The notes under the pieces were generated by a model. That model had not been told where the DNA came from. It saw only the letters and a program-made list of their open reading frames with translations, and did no database searches. Positions 1-7,833 of a stretch of 20,000 bases of DNA are shown piece by piece. Origin of the DNA: an uncultured virus (IMG/VR IMGVR_UViG_2731639221_000001) (taxonomy: Duplodnaviria > Heunggongvirae > Uroviricota > Caudoviricetes); the IMG/VR virus record IMGVR_UViG_2731639221_000001, positions 47,137-67,136 of that record; one strand, 5' to 3'. A program made the translations under genes and the position numbers. Every line of letters starts with the position of its first letter. Within the stretch, counting starts at the first letter, position 1.

Positions 1-30
1 GCTGGGTTAGATTAAACTAATCCAGCTTTT
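1..30 (+). terminator. Intrinsic terminator-like hairpin upstream of the Rep-like gene
   Basis: GCTGGGTTAG-attaaa-CTAATCCAGC (10-bp stem, one G-U) followed by TTTT; may be cut by the window edge. Confidence 0.55.
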
Positions 31-94
31 ACTTTTTATTAAATCGGGTTTCGGTATTCAATCAGGCAACTCGCTGATAAATATTATAAAAGAT

Positions 95-1102
95 ATGAAA
101 TCAGTTACTCCTCTAAAATTAGACACGGTTCGGTTTGTAACTAAGACAAAATACATTTCGAATGCTAATGACGAATTGTTTAAAAATGATATAGAGATAA
201 AAACAGGAGAATCAATATCAATGGAATACATCTCACAAATGCACAAAGATATTACACCCTTTGAGCTCAATATAAGAGCAAACTACCGTTCTAATCGAAT
301 GACTATTGAGTTTTCCTCTAAATTGCTTCTTAATGATTACCCACTGCTAATATCTGACCAGACATTCAAACAATGCCTGTCCAATATCGAAATGCTCGGT
401 ATCTGCCAACTAGATATTAATAGCATAATCAATGATTGCTATTTCAATAAATTGCATGTAACTAAAGATATTGATTTACAACTGACCGCCGAAATACTAA
501 ACAGGCTCAATCAATGTACAGGCGACTATCGCAGATATAAATGGTACAGATATACAGATGCAATCCTTTTTACAAGAAATGTCAAAGCCGAGGATTGTCG
601 GGAGTCTATTAGCATTTATAATAAAGAAGTAGAGATCAATCTTTCTCGAAACAAGCCATTTTTGAATAAAACAGACAATTCAACATCCATCCTTGATTAT
701 TTCCAAGGTAAGACCCGTTTTGAGGTCAAACTTGAAAATAAACGTAAGATACAAAAGGAATTAAGCATTGAGAATACAGACTATCAATCCGTAATGAATG
801 CTTCCAAGAATATCATCCTTACCCAATTTGACAAAATATTCACTTCGAACATTCCTCAATCCGATACCATGCAAATTAATAACATAGTTGATTATGGTCT
901 ATGGTGTATTATCCGTTATCACAACTTCAATTTGAAGAGCATCGAACAGGAAATCAAAGACATGAAACTTTATGAAGATAAGACCAAAGGAGCGATGGGC
1001 AAACAAATGAAAAAAATACGGGCAATGATGCAGGCTTACCTTAATCAAAATCATGATGCGGACACAATTATTGAAGGTATTAGAGAGAAACTAAAAGAAT
1101 AA
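95..1102 (+). CDS. Putative phage/plasmid replication initiator-like protein (Rep_trans / gene II-X-like)
   Basis: 335-aa ORF; LHVTKDI, ISIYNKEVE and RFEVKL resemble the 'hDhAhD / hYdK..E / RhEh.h' pattern of Rep_trans-fold initiators; mobile-element context. Family call is tentative. Confidence 0.5.
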   Translation: MKSVTPLKLDTVRFVTKTKYISNANDELFKNDIEIKTGESISMEYISQMHKDITPFELNIRANYRSNRMTIEFSSKLLLNDYPLLISDQTFKQCLSNIEMLGICQLDINSIINDCYFNKLHVTKDIDLQLTAEILNRLNQCTGDYRRYKWYRYTDAILFTRNVKAEDCRESISIYNKEVEINLSRNKPFLNKTDNSTSILDYFQGKTRFEVKLENKRKIQKELSIENTDYQSVMNASKNIILTQFDKIFTSNIPQSDTMQINNIVDYGLWCIIRYHNFNLKSIEQEIKDMKLYEDKTKGAMGKQMKKIRAMMQAYLNQNHDADTIIEGIREKLKE

Positions 1103-1111
1103 ATTACTACC

Positions 1112-1147
1112 ACGACACAAAATGACGTAGCAATTATCTTATATTTG
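1112..1147 (+). promoter_or_regulatory. Putative WYL box 1 plus Bacteroidota -7 element
   Basis: ACGACA-caaaa-TGACGT (1112-1128), 11 nt, then TATATTTG (1140-1147, TAnnTTTG); directly upstream of the WYL gene. Confidence 0.7.
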
Positions 1148-1242
1148 CCAAAGCAATTGATATTTCGTTTCTTTCAAATAATCTTACGGAGGAATAGTCT
1201 CTTTTATCAGTACGGAACGATTTTTGAAAACCTATTGTAAAT

Positions 1243-2151
1243 ATGGCAACAAAGAATAATATAAGAAGAAACTACCTCATTATTAAGCGGATTATGCAGG
1301 GCGATACTCCAAGTATGGAAATCATTCGAAGGTATCTTGAAGCTCACGATTGCTTGATAACCCCTCGAACCTTGCAACGGGATATAGCCTCTATACGAGC
1401 GGATTTAGATGTAGATATAATATACGATAGTGAAAAGAACGGTTATTTTATTAATACCGATAGCTCTCTCGATCTACCTAAGATACTTTACTTTATCAAT
1501 CTATCCGAAAGTTCTGATATTATTTTACAAAGCCTAAAGGATAAGAAAGATATTTTGCAATACCTATCCATCAGCCCCAATACCGAATTTAAAGGAATTG
1601 AGCATTTGGGTACTCTCTTGCAAGCCATCCGAAGCAATCTTGTAATCCAATATCAGCATCTTAATTATGAGAAGCAAACCAACAAAACCTATATAGCAGA
1701 ACCCTATCTGCTGAAAGAATTTACAGGGCGATGGTATCTGTTTGCCTACATAAGAGAGAAAGGAGCATTCCGCACTTTTGGACTAGACCGAATTTCCAAA
1801 CTGACTCTTACCAATACCCGATTTGAACGGGAGAGGCAATTAGCTGAAACAGCAAGCAAGTTCGACAATGTTTTTGGATTGGTATATGAGCCAGAACAAA
1901 ATATCAACGCTCCGATTGAAGAAGTACAACTTCGGTTCTCTCAATTAATGATAAATCATTTGTCTGCCCTGCCATTACACAAAAGCCAACAAATAAACGA
2001 AGATGTAGTAAACTTGCAAATCATTATCAATCCCGAAATAGAAAATAAGATACTTAGCTATGGGGAACATGTAGAAGTGCTGTCTCCTCAATCCTTGCGA
2101 GAGAAGATAAAAGAACGATTGGCGGAAACCCTCAAAAAATACGACCAATGA
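1243..2151 (+). CDS. WYL-domain transcriptional regulator (wHTH-WYL-WCX; YafY/PafBC-like architecture)
   Basis: N-terminal HTH 'ITPRTLQRDIASIR'; WYL core 'EPYLLKEFTGRWYLFAY...FRTFGLDRI'; WCX tail 'ILSYGEHVEVLSPQSLREKI'. Confidence 0.95.
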   Translation: MATKNNIRRNYLIIKRIMQGDTPSMEIIRRYLEAHDCLITPRTLQRDIASIRADLDVDIIYDSEKNGYFINTDSSLDLPKILYFINLSESSDIILQSLKDKKDILQYLSISPNTEFKGIEHLGTLLQAIRSNLVIQYQHLNYEKQTNKTYIAEPYLLKEFTGRWYLFAYIREKGAFRTFGLDRISKLTLTNTRFERERQLAETASKFDNVFGLVYEPEQNINAPIEEVQLRFSQLMINHLSALPLHKSQQINEDVVNLQIIINPEIENKILSYGEHVEVLSPQSLREKIKERLAETLKKYDQ

Positions 2152-2846
2152 AAATTTGTGTGATAAGTGACATACATGGCTCTACCTTGTGGGAAACAAT
2201 CGTTGACAGAGAATACGATAATGTTGATAGATTCATCTTCTTGGGCGACTATCTGGATGCCAAATACGAACAATCCTCTCCAAGCCAGCAAGTAGAGAAT
2301 TTGGAACATATAGTAGAATTTAAAGAGGAATTTCAATCGGTGGATTTATTGATTGGGAATCATGATTTACAATATGTTGGAGGAGAGAAGGTAGACTTCA
2401 ACTCTAAAACTTACGAATTGGTAAAGCCTTATCTTACTTTCCTTATAGAAAGAGGGATGCTCCAAGTAATTACCCAATATGATAATTATCTGTTCTCTCA
2501 TGCTGGGCTTAGTTCGGTTTGGATGAAAAAGAAAGGTATAAACAGTGAATCAGAAATTAATCAAAGATTTAAAGAGAATCCTTTGTTTGTTGATTATGTA
2601 AGTAAATCGAATTCAGACAATAGCGGAGATAATGATTATCAAAGTCCTCTGTGGATACGTCCTGCTTCTCTTGGAGATTCAGCCTATGGAAATAATATTC
2701 AAGTGATTGGACATAATAGATTAGAATCAGGGCAGATAGAAATAGTCCATGATAAAAATAGAAAATTCATACTCACAGATACAGGAATGAAACAGTATTT
2801 AATCATAGACACTGAATCGGGAAAAGAAGAGATACTGAATATATGA
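2148..2846 (+). CDS. Calcineurin-like metallophosphoesterase
   Basis: Motifs DIHG, GDYLD, GNHD, SHAG, GHN; 4-nt ATGA overlap with the WYL stop codon (translational coupling). Confidence 0.9.
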   Translation: MKICVISDIHGSTLWETIVDREYDNVDRFIFLGDYLDAKYEQSSPSQQVENLEHIVEFKEEFQSVDLLIGNHDLQYVGGEKVDFNSKTYELVKPYLTFLIERGMLQVITQYDNYLFSHAGLSSVWMKKKGINSESEINQRFKENPLFVDYVSKSNSDNSGDNDYQSPLWIRPASLGDSAYGNNIQVIGHNRLESGQIEIVHDKNRKFILTDTGMKQYLIIDTESGKEEILNI

Positions 2847-2877
2847 TAGTATAAAAGAAAATATAAGAATCAACAGC

Positions 2878-2909
2878 GACCGTTACAGCAATGTAGCGGT
2901 TATTTTTTT
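2878..2909 (+). terminator. Intrinsic terminator (copy A of a repeated intergenic module)
   Basis: GACCGTTACA-gcaa-TGTAGCGGTT followed by ATTTTTTT. Confidence 0.8.
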
Positions 2910-2946
2910 GCCTAAAATGAAAGAAATCAGAAATAATATCAGAGCA

Positions 2947-2982
2947 CCGACCGAATTTGTCGTAGCCACTATCTTAGATTTG
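2947..2982 (+). promoter_or_regulatory. Putative WYL box 2 plus -7 element, firing antisense to the XRE gene
   Basis: CCGACC-gaatt-TGTCGT (2947-2963), 11 nt, TAGATTTG (2975-2982); the spacer AGCCACTATCT resembles AGCAATTATCT of box 1. Confidence 0.65.
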
Positions 2983-2996
2983 CTCAAAAATAAGAT

Positions 2997-3233
2997 TTAA
3001 GGGTTATCGGTATCAATAGGTGGGAAAAGATCAGAAACAGGACAATCAAACCATTTAGCTATAGTATAGACTTGATGTACGCTGTATCTGATGTTGTATT
3101 TTTCAGATTCCACTTGTCCGATAAAACCGTCAGAGCAACCAAGAATCTCAGCTAATCCCCTTTGGGATATATTGAGCTCCTTGCGTTTCTCCCGAATCTT
3201 ATTAATGACGAACAAATCAACTTCTGATTTCAT
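2997..3233 (-). CDS. XRE-family helix-turn-helix regulator
   Basis: 78 aa; 'IREKRKELNISQRGLAEILGCSDGFIGQVES' is a typical HTH_3 pattern. Confidence 0.9.
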   Translation of the reverse strand: MKSEVDLFVINKIREKRKELNISQRGLAEILGCSDGFIGQVESEKYNIRYSVHQVYTIAKWFDCPVSDLFPPIDTDNP

Positions 3234-3283
3234 AAAACCTTGAAAAATATAAGATAAAGTAACAAAAAGGTTTTATCTTCGTG

Positions 3284-3298
3284 CTTAGTTAAACTAAG
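3284..3298. promoter_or_regulatory. Palindromic operator between the divergent XRE and DUF1643 genes
   Basis: Perfect inverted repeat CTTAGTT-A-AACTAAG; extra half-site AACTAAG at 3316-3322. Confidence 0.5.
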
Positions 3299-3325
3299 TA
3301 AACGGGTCAGATAATAACTAAGATA

Positions 3326-3976
3326 ATGGCAAAAAAAGTGACTAAAGGGAATTGGGTATATGAGTATGAATCAGTACCAAAGTACAGATTACAATACGAT
3401 TATGAACTAACAGATGTAAGGTATATTCTTGGTGAAATGTTTAATATGGAAATAAAGAAAACATTAATTTGTATAGGTATAAATCCAAGTACGGCAATGC
3501 CCGAGAACTTAGACCCAACACTTACTCGTGTACGGAATTATGCCAAACAAAGTGGAGAATATGGCTCTTGGTATATGCTGAATGTTTATCCGCAAAGGGC
3601 TACTGATCCCGAAGATATGCACAAAGACATGACCTATGACAAGGATATACACGCCCAGAATATTAAATCTATTACCGCTCTACTAGGCACACTTTCAGAT
3701 ATTGATGTGTGGTGTGCTTGGGGAGCGACAATGAATGATAAAAAGCGAAATTTTCTCTCGGAATTATTCTATGGAAACAGTGAGCGGAATATTACAGGCT
3801 TAATAAGCTTATTTGATGCCAGTCATACCATATTCAAGGCTTATGGAGTTACAAAGAAAGGTTATCCGTCTCATCCTCTTGTGATGCCCAAAGATGCAGT
3901 ACTAAAAGATATTAACGCTATACCTCAATTGCAGTCGCTCTATGAGAGAATAAAAGAATCAATCAAACAGAAATAA
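3326..3976 (+). CDS. DUF1643 domain protein
   Basis: Family-typical motifs RYIL, IGINPSTA, DPTL, NVYPQRATDP, VWCAWG, TKKGYPSHPL. Confidence 0.85.
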   Translation: MAKKVTKGNWVYEYESVPKYRLQYDYELTDVRYILGEMFNMEIKKTLICIGINPSTAMPENLDPTLTRVRNYAKQSGEYGSWYMLNVYPQRATDPEDMHKDMTYDKDIHAQNIKSITALLGTLSDIDVWCAWGATMNDKKRNFLSELFYGNSERNITGLISLFDASHTIFKAYGVTKKGYPSHPLVMPKDAVLKDINAIPQLQSLYERIKESIKQK

Positions 3977-3991
3977 TTAAACAACAGAAAA

Positions 3992-5389
3992 ATGAAGAAA
4001 TTAAGTTTATTAATGATGCTGTTCGCCCTATTGTTAACGGCTTGTAGCGACAGTGAGAATGAAGACCCGAATGGTGGCGGTAAAGGGAACAATAAGGGGA
4101 ATATCGTAGGTCTGAATATTAAAGATGCCAAGTTGATTTATGGAGTGGAAAAAGCTTCTGCCAAATCAATGCTGAAATCATCTGGTTCATCTACCTATTT
4201 TCGACAAGTAACAAAAGAAAATCAAAATCTTTCAGTAAATTGGATTACAGAAAGCGGAGATACAACTTCGGTAATTGCAATAGAAGCAATGGCGAATTTA
4301 AATGAAGAGTATATTATCATTAATACAAATAGTACACTTGATGACCCAGATCAAAAATTTACATATTACATTAGTTATATCGTTAATAAAAATACAGGTG
4401 TTATATTAAATCCAAAAGACCCAATTAGTGGAATAGATTTAATTAACACAAACGATTACACTTCTTACTATGATAAAGAAAGATATTGTTATGTAAAAGC
4501 TGTTGCAGAATTATTGAAAATTGACTTACAATCTTATAATGTAGAACAAATTTTTAAAGATACAGATGATGTAAAAATTCTATCTAATGGCTCATATTTT
4601 GTTCATATGGTAAATGGTCAACACAAATATGGAAGTTTCCGATTGAATGAAGTTAACGAATTATCTGAAATGGAACGATATAAAGGATGGGATAATTACA
4701 TTCCAGTTTATAGTGTTGTTGACGATATTATCAATATAATTTGCAGTAAGAAAAATTCTGATGGAACTACAACATATTCAATATTTTATTTTTCTGGTGG
4801 CGAAAATCCAGCCGAATATGGCTTTAGTGATCAATTTGATAATCCAAACCTAAGATTTTCATCAAATTTTGAATTACCACCAAATATACCAATAGGTTTC
4901 GTAATAGCTCCAATATCTGTTAATACATCAAAAACTAGTCAAATAATTTATATTGGAACGCCTGATGGCAAAAATGGAATATTGATATCTTTTGATTACA
5001 ATAATCTAAAACAAATTTCTAATGATTTAATAAGTGGATTTATAAGCGGAGAACCTCAATATGGCGGTGGTTTATACAAAGGTGGTTCATACCCAAATAT
5101 GGCTACAAATTCAACTGCATCATTTAATTCTAAGAGTAATGGCGACTTGATAATCACCGAATTTAGTACAATGACCCAAAAAACAGTAAAAGATGCACAA
5201 GGTTATAAAATTGCTGCAATAATTGGGAAATATAAAGATAGTAAGCCAATTACGTTTATTGGAAATAATTGGGAAAAGAGAAAACAATGTATAGGTACTA
5301 TCGATTCGAAAGGTAATGCAGAAATACTTCAAGAATTTAGTTATAATGATAACGAATCAATGAATGGTTTCTTAATGGAACTGAATTAA
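3992..5389 (+). CDS. Hypothetical surface lipoprotein
   Basis: Signal 'MKKLSLLMMLFALLLTA-C' with lipobox, followed by acidic SDSENED; beta-rich 465 aa; very AT-rich. Confidence 0.8.
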   Translation: MKKLSLLMMLFALLLTACSDSENEDPNGGGKGNNKGNIVGLNIKDAKLIYGVEKASAKSMLKSSGSSTYFRQVTKENQNLSVNWITESGDTTSVIAIEAMANLNEEYIIINTNSTLDDPDQKFTYYISYIVNKNTGVILNPKDPISGIDLINTNDYTSYYDKERYCYVKAVAELLKIDLQSYNVEQIFKDTDDVKILSNGSYFVHMVNGQHKYGSFRLNEVNELSEMERYKGWDNYIPVYSVVDDIINIICSKKNSDGTTTYSIFYFSGGENPAEYGFSDQFDNPNLRFSSNFELPPNIPIGFVIAPISVNTSKTSQIIYIGTPDGKNGILISFDYNNLKQISNDLISGFISGEPQYGGGLYKGGSYPNMATNSTASFNSKSNGDLIITEFSTMTQKTVKDAQGYKIAAIIGKYKDSKPITFIGNNWEKRKQCIGTIDSKGNAEILQEFSYNDNESMNGFLMELN

Positions 5390-5412
5390 TTATTTTCTTT
5401 TAAAAGAGCAAA

Positions 5413-5446
5413 GACCGTTACATTCAGTTGTAACGGTTATTTTTTT
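5413..5446 (+). terminator. Intrinsic terminator (copy B of the repeated intergenic module)
   Basis: GACCGTTACA-ttcagt-TGTAACGGTT followed by ATTTTTTT; near-identical to 2878-2909. Confidence 0.8.
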
Positions 5447-5464
5447 GCCAAATAATCAGTAACA

Positions 5465-5500
5465 ACGACAGAAAATGACGTATAACAGGTTGCATCTTTG
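5465..5500 (+). promoter_or_regulatory. Putative WYL box 3 plus -7-like element
   Basis: ACGACA-gaaaa-TGACGT (5465-5481; 16/17 identical to box 1), 11 nt, CATCTTTG (5493-5500). Confidence 0.65.
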
Positions 5501-5516
5501 GGATTTAATTAACAAC

Positions 5517-5852
5517 ATGGAAAATAAGAATTACTTCAAAATCAAAATAATAGATATGATTAGAGGCGATTTAATGATTATAACATTGGACTATACCCGT
5601 CTAACAGCCATCGGAATACAGAAAGTAATTCCTATCTGTACCCAAATAGTTACCAATGGTAATAACAAACTGCTATTCTTGGGTAGCAAAGATTCCAAAC
5701 TGGAATTAGAGCCACTCTATAATATCGCCGTATTAGCTCAATCCATTTTAGGAGGAAATCTTGTTTGGGATATTATAGACGAATTGCCGAAACTTGGGGA
5801 ACCGCAAGACTTGGGTGGTTATCTGATACTAAATAGCCCAACTGATAGATAA
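5517..5852 (+). CDS. Hypothetical protein (about 111 aa)
   Basis: The ORF track starts at 5475, but that ATG lies inside the box; ATG 5517 (MENKNYF) lies downstream of the -7 element with an A-rich leader. Confidence 0.65.
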   Translation: MENKNYFKIKIIDMIRGDLMIITLDYTRLTAIGIQKVIPICTQIVTNGNNKLLFLGSKDSKLELEPLYNIAVLAQSILGGNLVWDIIDELPKLGEPQDLGGYLILNSPTDR

Positions 5853-5887
5853 TTAAAGAATTGTATAATCATTTAAATAAATTGAAT

Positions 5888-6217
5888 ATGAGAAAGTTAA
5901 AGGTTTATGAACCTAAAGAAATCAAAACAGTGTATATATCAGGGCGAATAACAGGCATACCTTTAAGCGAAGCCAAGAGGAATTTCGAGGAAGCCGAAGC
6001 CTTGTTATTGGAAAAAGGATATATTCCTGTAAATCCTATGAAAAATAACCACGATCCAGATACCAAAGGCTGGATAGACCATATGTTAGAGGACATCGGA
6101 GGACTGATGCGTTGTGACGGTATCTTTATGCTCAATAATTGGCAACAATCCAAAGGGGCTCGAATAGAGCATTATATAGCTGTCGAAATGGACATTACTG
6201 TCATTACTAAGCTTTAA
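5888..6217 (+). CDS. DUF4406 domain protein (nucleoside 2-deoxyribosyltransferase-like fold)
   Basis: VYISGRITG, PVNP, W..HM..DI..L..CDGIFML.NWQQSKGARIEH; ATG at 5888 preferred over TTG at 5861. Confidence 0.85.
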   Translation: MRKLKVYEPKEIKTVYISGRITGIPLSEAKRNFEEAEALLLEKGYIPVNPMKNNHDPDTKGWIDHMLEDIGGLMRCDGIFMLNNWQQSKGARIEHYIAVEMDITVITKL

Positions 6218-6288
6218 TAAGTAAGCTGTGAATGAATTGGTATTAATATGAAATAAACATCTGACTCTCAATTATTATCAATATGACG

Positions 6289-6325
6289 AAGCGTCATAGT
6301 CTGACTTCAAGGCTATGACGCTTTT
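6289..6325 (+). terminator. Intrinsic terminator after DUF4406
   Basis: AAGCGTCATAG...CTATGACGCTT 11-bp perfect stem followed by TT. Confidence 0.6.
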
Positions 6326-6412
6326 ATGTAAAGATATGACAACTCGTCTAATTGAAATCCAACGGAATAACTCTTGAAAATATTATTGAATATCAATTAA
6401 AATCAATAAGAC

Positions 6413-6730
6413 ATGAACAAAAAAGAGTTAGTGAATGCTGTTTCTGAAATAACAGGAATCAGCAAAAACGACACGAGAAAGACATTTGAAGCCATTATAG
6501 AGGCTATCAGTGCAGAAATGCAGAACAATGGCAATGTTATCATTCTTGGGTTTGGAACGTTCTCTGTGAAGGACAAGGCTGCCCGAATGAGTATACACCC
6601 ACAAACAATGCAACCATTGGAACTGCCAGCAAAGAAAGTAGTTCGCTTTAAACCAAGTGTCTATTTAAACAATCTTCTCGTCCAAAAGAAGAAGAGAGGC
6701 AGACCAAGAATCGAAAAAGTAGTAGGGTAA
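6413..6730 (+). CDS. hup: HU-family DNA-binding protein with C-terminal AT-hook-like tail
   Basis: MNKKELVNAVSE, GFGTFSV, ARMSIHPQT, LPAKKVVRFKPS; tail KKKRGRPR. Confidence 0.92.
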   Translation: MNKKELVNAVSEITGISKNDTRKTFEAIIEAISAEMQNNGNVIILGFGTFSVKDKAARMSIHPQTMQPLELPAKKVVRFKPSVYLNNLLVQKKKRGRPRIEKVVG

Positions 6731-6751
6731 TAATAGATATTTATATGAAAT

Positions 6752-6779
6752 TTCCCGTTGTTATTATAGACAACGGGGA
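6752..6779. terminator. Hairpin between convergent HU and phosphoesterase genes
   Basis: CCCGTTGT-tattatag-ACAACGGG. Confidence 0.6.
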
Positions 6780-6794
6780 TAAAATTATTGATAT

Positions 6795-7403
6795 CTATAA
6801 GTCTAAGACAATAGGCTCATTTACCAAATTATAATTTTCGTCTAATACACTACCATTTATAAATGTGGTGCTAGTAGCTTTTTGGAGACCATAGCACTCG
6901 TGAATATGTCCGAATAGATGATATTGGGGCTTGTTTTTTTTAACTCGTTGTTGTAAATCTTCATCCCCCATATTTGCCCCCAAGGTTGATTTATCTAAAA
7001 TTCCCAATGGAGGGTTGTGTGTAATTAAAATATCAGTGTTAAATGGGATTTCGGCAATCTGTTGAGGAAGAAATCCATTAATATCATCCGAAAGAAAAAA
7101 TGGAATGCCCCATATTTTTATATTTTCAATGGTTACGCCACTATTACAGAGATAAAAGCAGTTTTTGGGTAAAAAGCGTTGAATAGTTTCTGTCTCTTTC
7201 TCCTCCAAACAAAAATCATGATTACCACCAATGAATATTTTATATTTGTAATCTAACGAACCGAACCATTCAACAAAATCAGTAACTTCTTCTACTGTTC
7301 CACCCCAAGTTATGTCGCCAGCATGAATAAGCATATCAGCTTGAGGCAGATTTTGTAATTCATGGTGCTTTCCATGTGTGTCGGACATGAATAATATTCT
7401 CAT
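6795..7403 (-). CDS. Calcineurin-like metallophosphoesterase (MPPED/239FB-like subgroup)
   Basis: SDTHG, IHAGD, GGNHD, ITHNPP, HLFGHIHE. Confidence 0.9.
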   Translation of the reverse strand: MRILFMSDTHGKHHELQNLPQADMLIHAGDITWGGTVEEVTDFVEWFGSLDYKYKIFIGGNHDFCLEEKETETIQRFLPKNCFYLCNSGVTIENIKIWGIPFFLSDDINGFLPQQIAEIPFNTDILITHNPPLGILDKSTLGANMGDEDLQQRVKKNKPQYHLFGHIHECYGLQKATSTTFINGSVLDENYNLVNEPIVLDL

Positions 7404-7467
7404 AACTTCTAGTTTTTATTCTACAAAACTAATGGAAATATCAGAAATATTAAGCAGTTATGTAAAA

Positions 7468-7758
7468 TTAGACATTCACTTTTATAAGGGCTGCTTCTAC
7501 CTCTTTCATATTAAACAGAGACCGTCTGCCCATTTTATGGCAAATAAAGACACCAGCGTTAACGTATCTATGTAACGTAGCATAAGAAATATGGAGATGG
7601 GCACAAACTTCGGCTCTTGTAAACAAAGCGTCTTTTGTTGATTTCTTACTCAATTCTTCTTTTCCATTCAGTTCATCTTTGACAATCTTTCGAACGATGG
7701 AGCTAATTTCTTTCATAAAATCCTCCATATCGTTGATAATGATAATTTCTTTTTTCAT
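7468..7758 (-). CDS. Excisionase-like helix-turn-helix protein (HTH_17/MerR-like)
   Basis: 'LFTRAEVCAHLHISYATLHRYVNAG...KMGRRSLF'; immediately downstream of the integrase. Confidence 0.85.
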   Translation of the reverse strand: MKKEIIIINDMEDFMKEISSIVRKIVKDELNGKEELSKKSTKDALFTRAEVCAHLHISYATLHRYVNAGVFICHKMGRRSLFNMKEVEAALIKVNV

Positions 7759-7776
7759 AACTGTAATTTTTACAAC

Positions 7777-7811
7777 AAAAAAATGGATTATCTGATTAAG
7801 GATAATCCATT
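7777..7811 (-). terminator. Terminator between integrase and excisionase
   Basis: AATGGATTATC-N8-GATAATCCATT perfect 11-bp stem with an A-run on the left, i.e. a T-tail on the minus strand. Confidence 0.65.
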
Positions 7812-7833
7812 GAATTATAATAGATTTTGATTT

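Noticed and set aside
1112..5481. The 17-bp box as integrase arm/core sites or a LexA box
   Set aside because: Fixed 11-nt spacing to -7 elements and position upstream of the WYL gene fit a transcription-factor site better; a host regulator cannot be fully excluded
5475..5516. Longer N-termini given by the ORF track (also at 14457, 15943, 15989, 17296, 17561, 19897)
   Set aside because: These upstream starts fall within promoter, operator, terminator or IS-end sequence, or inside another ORF; downstream ATGs fit better
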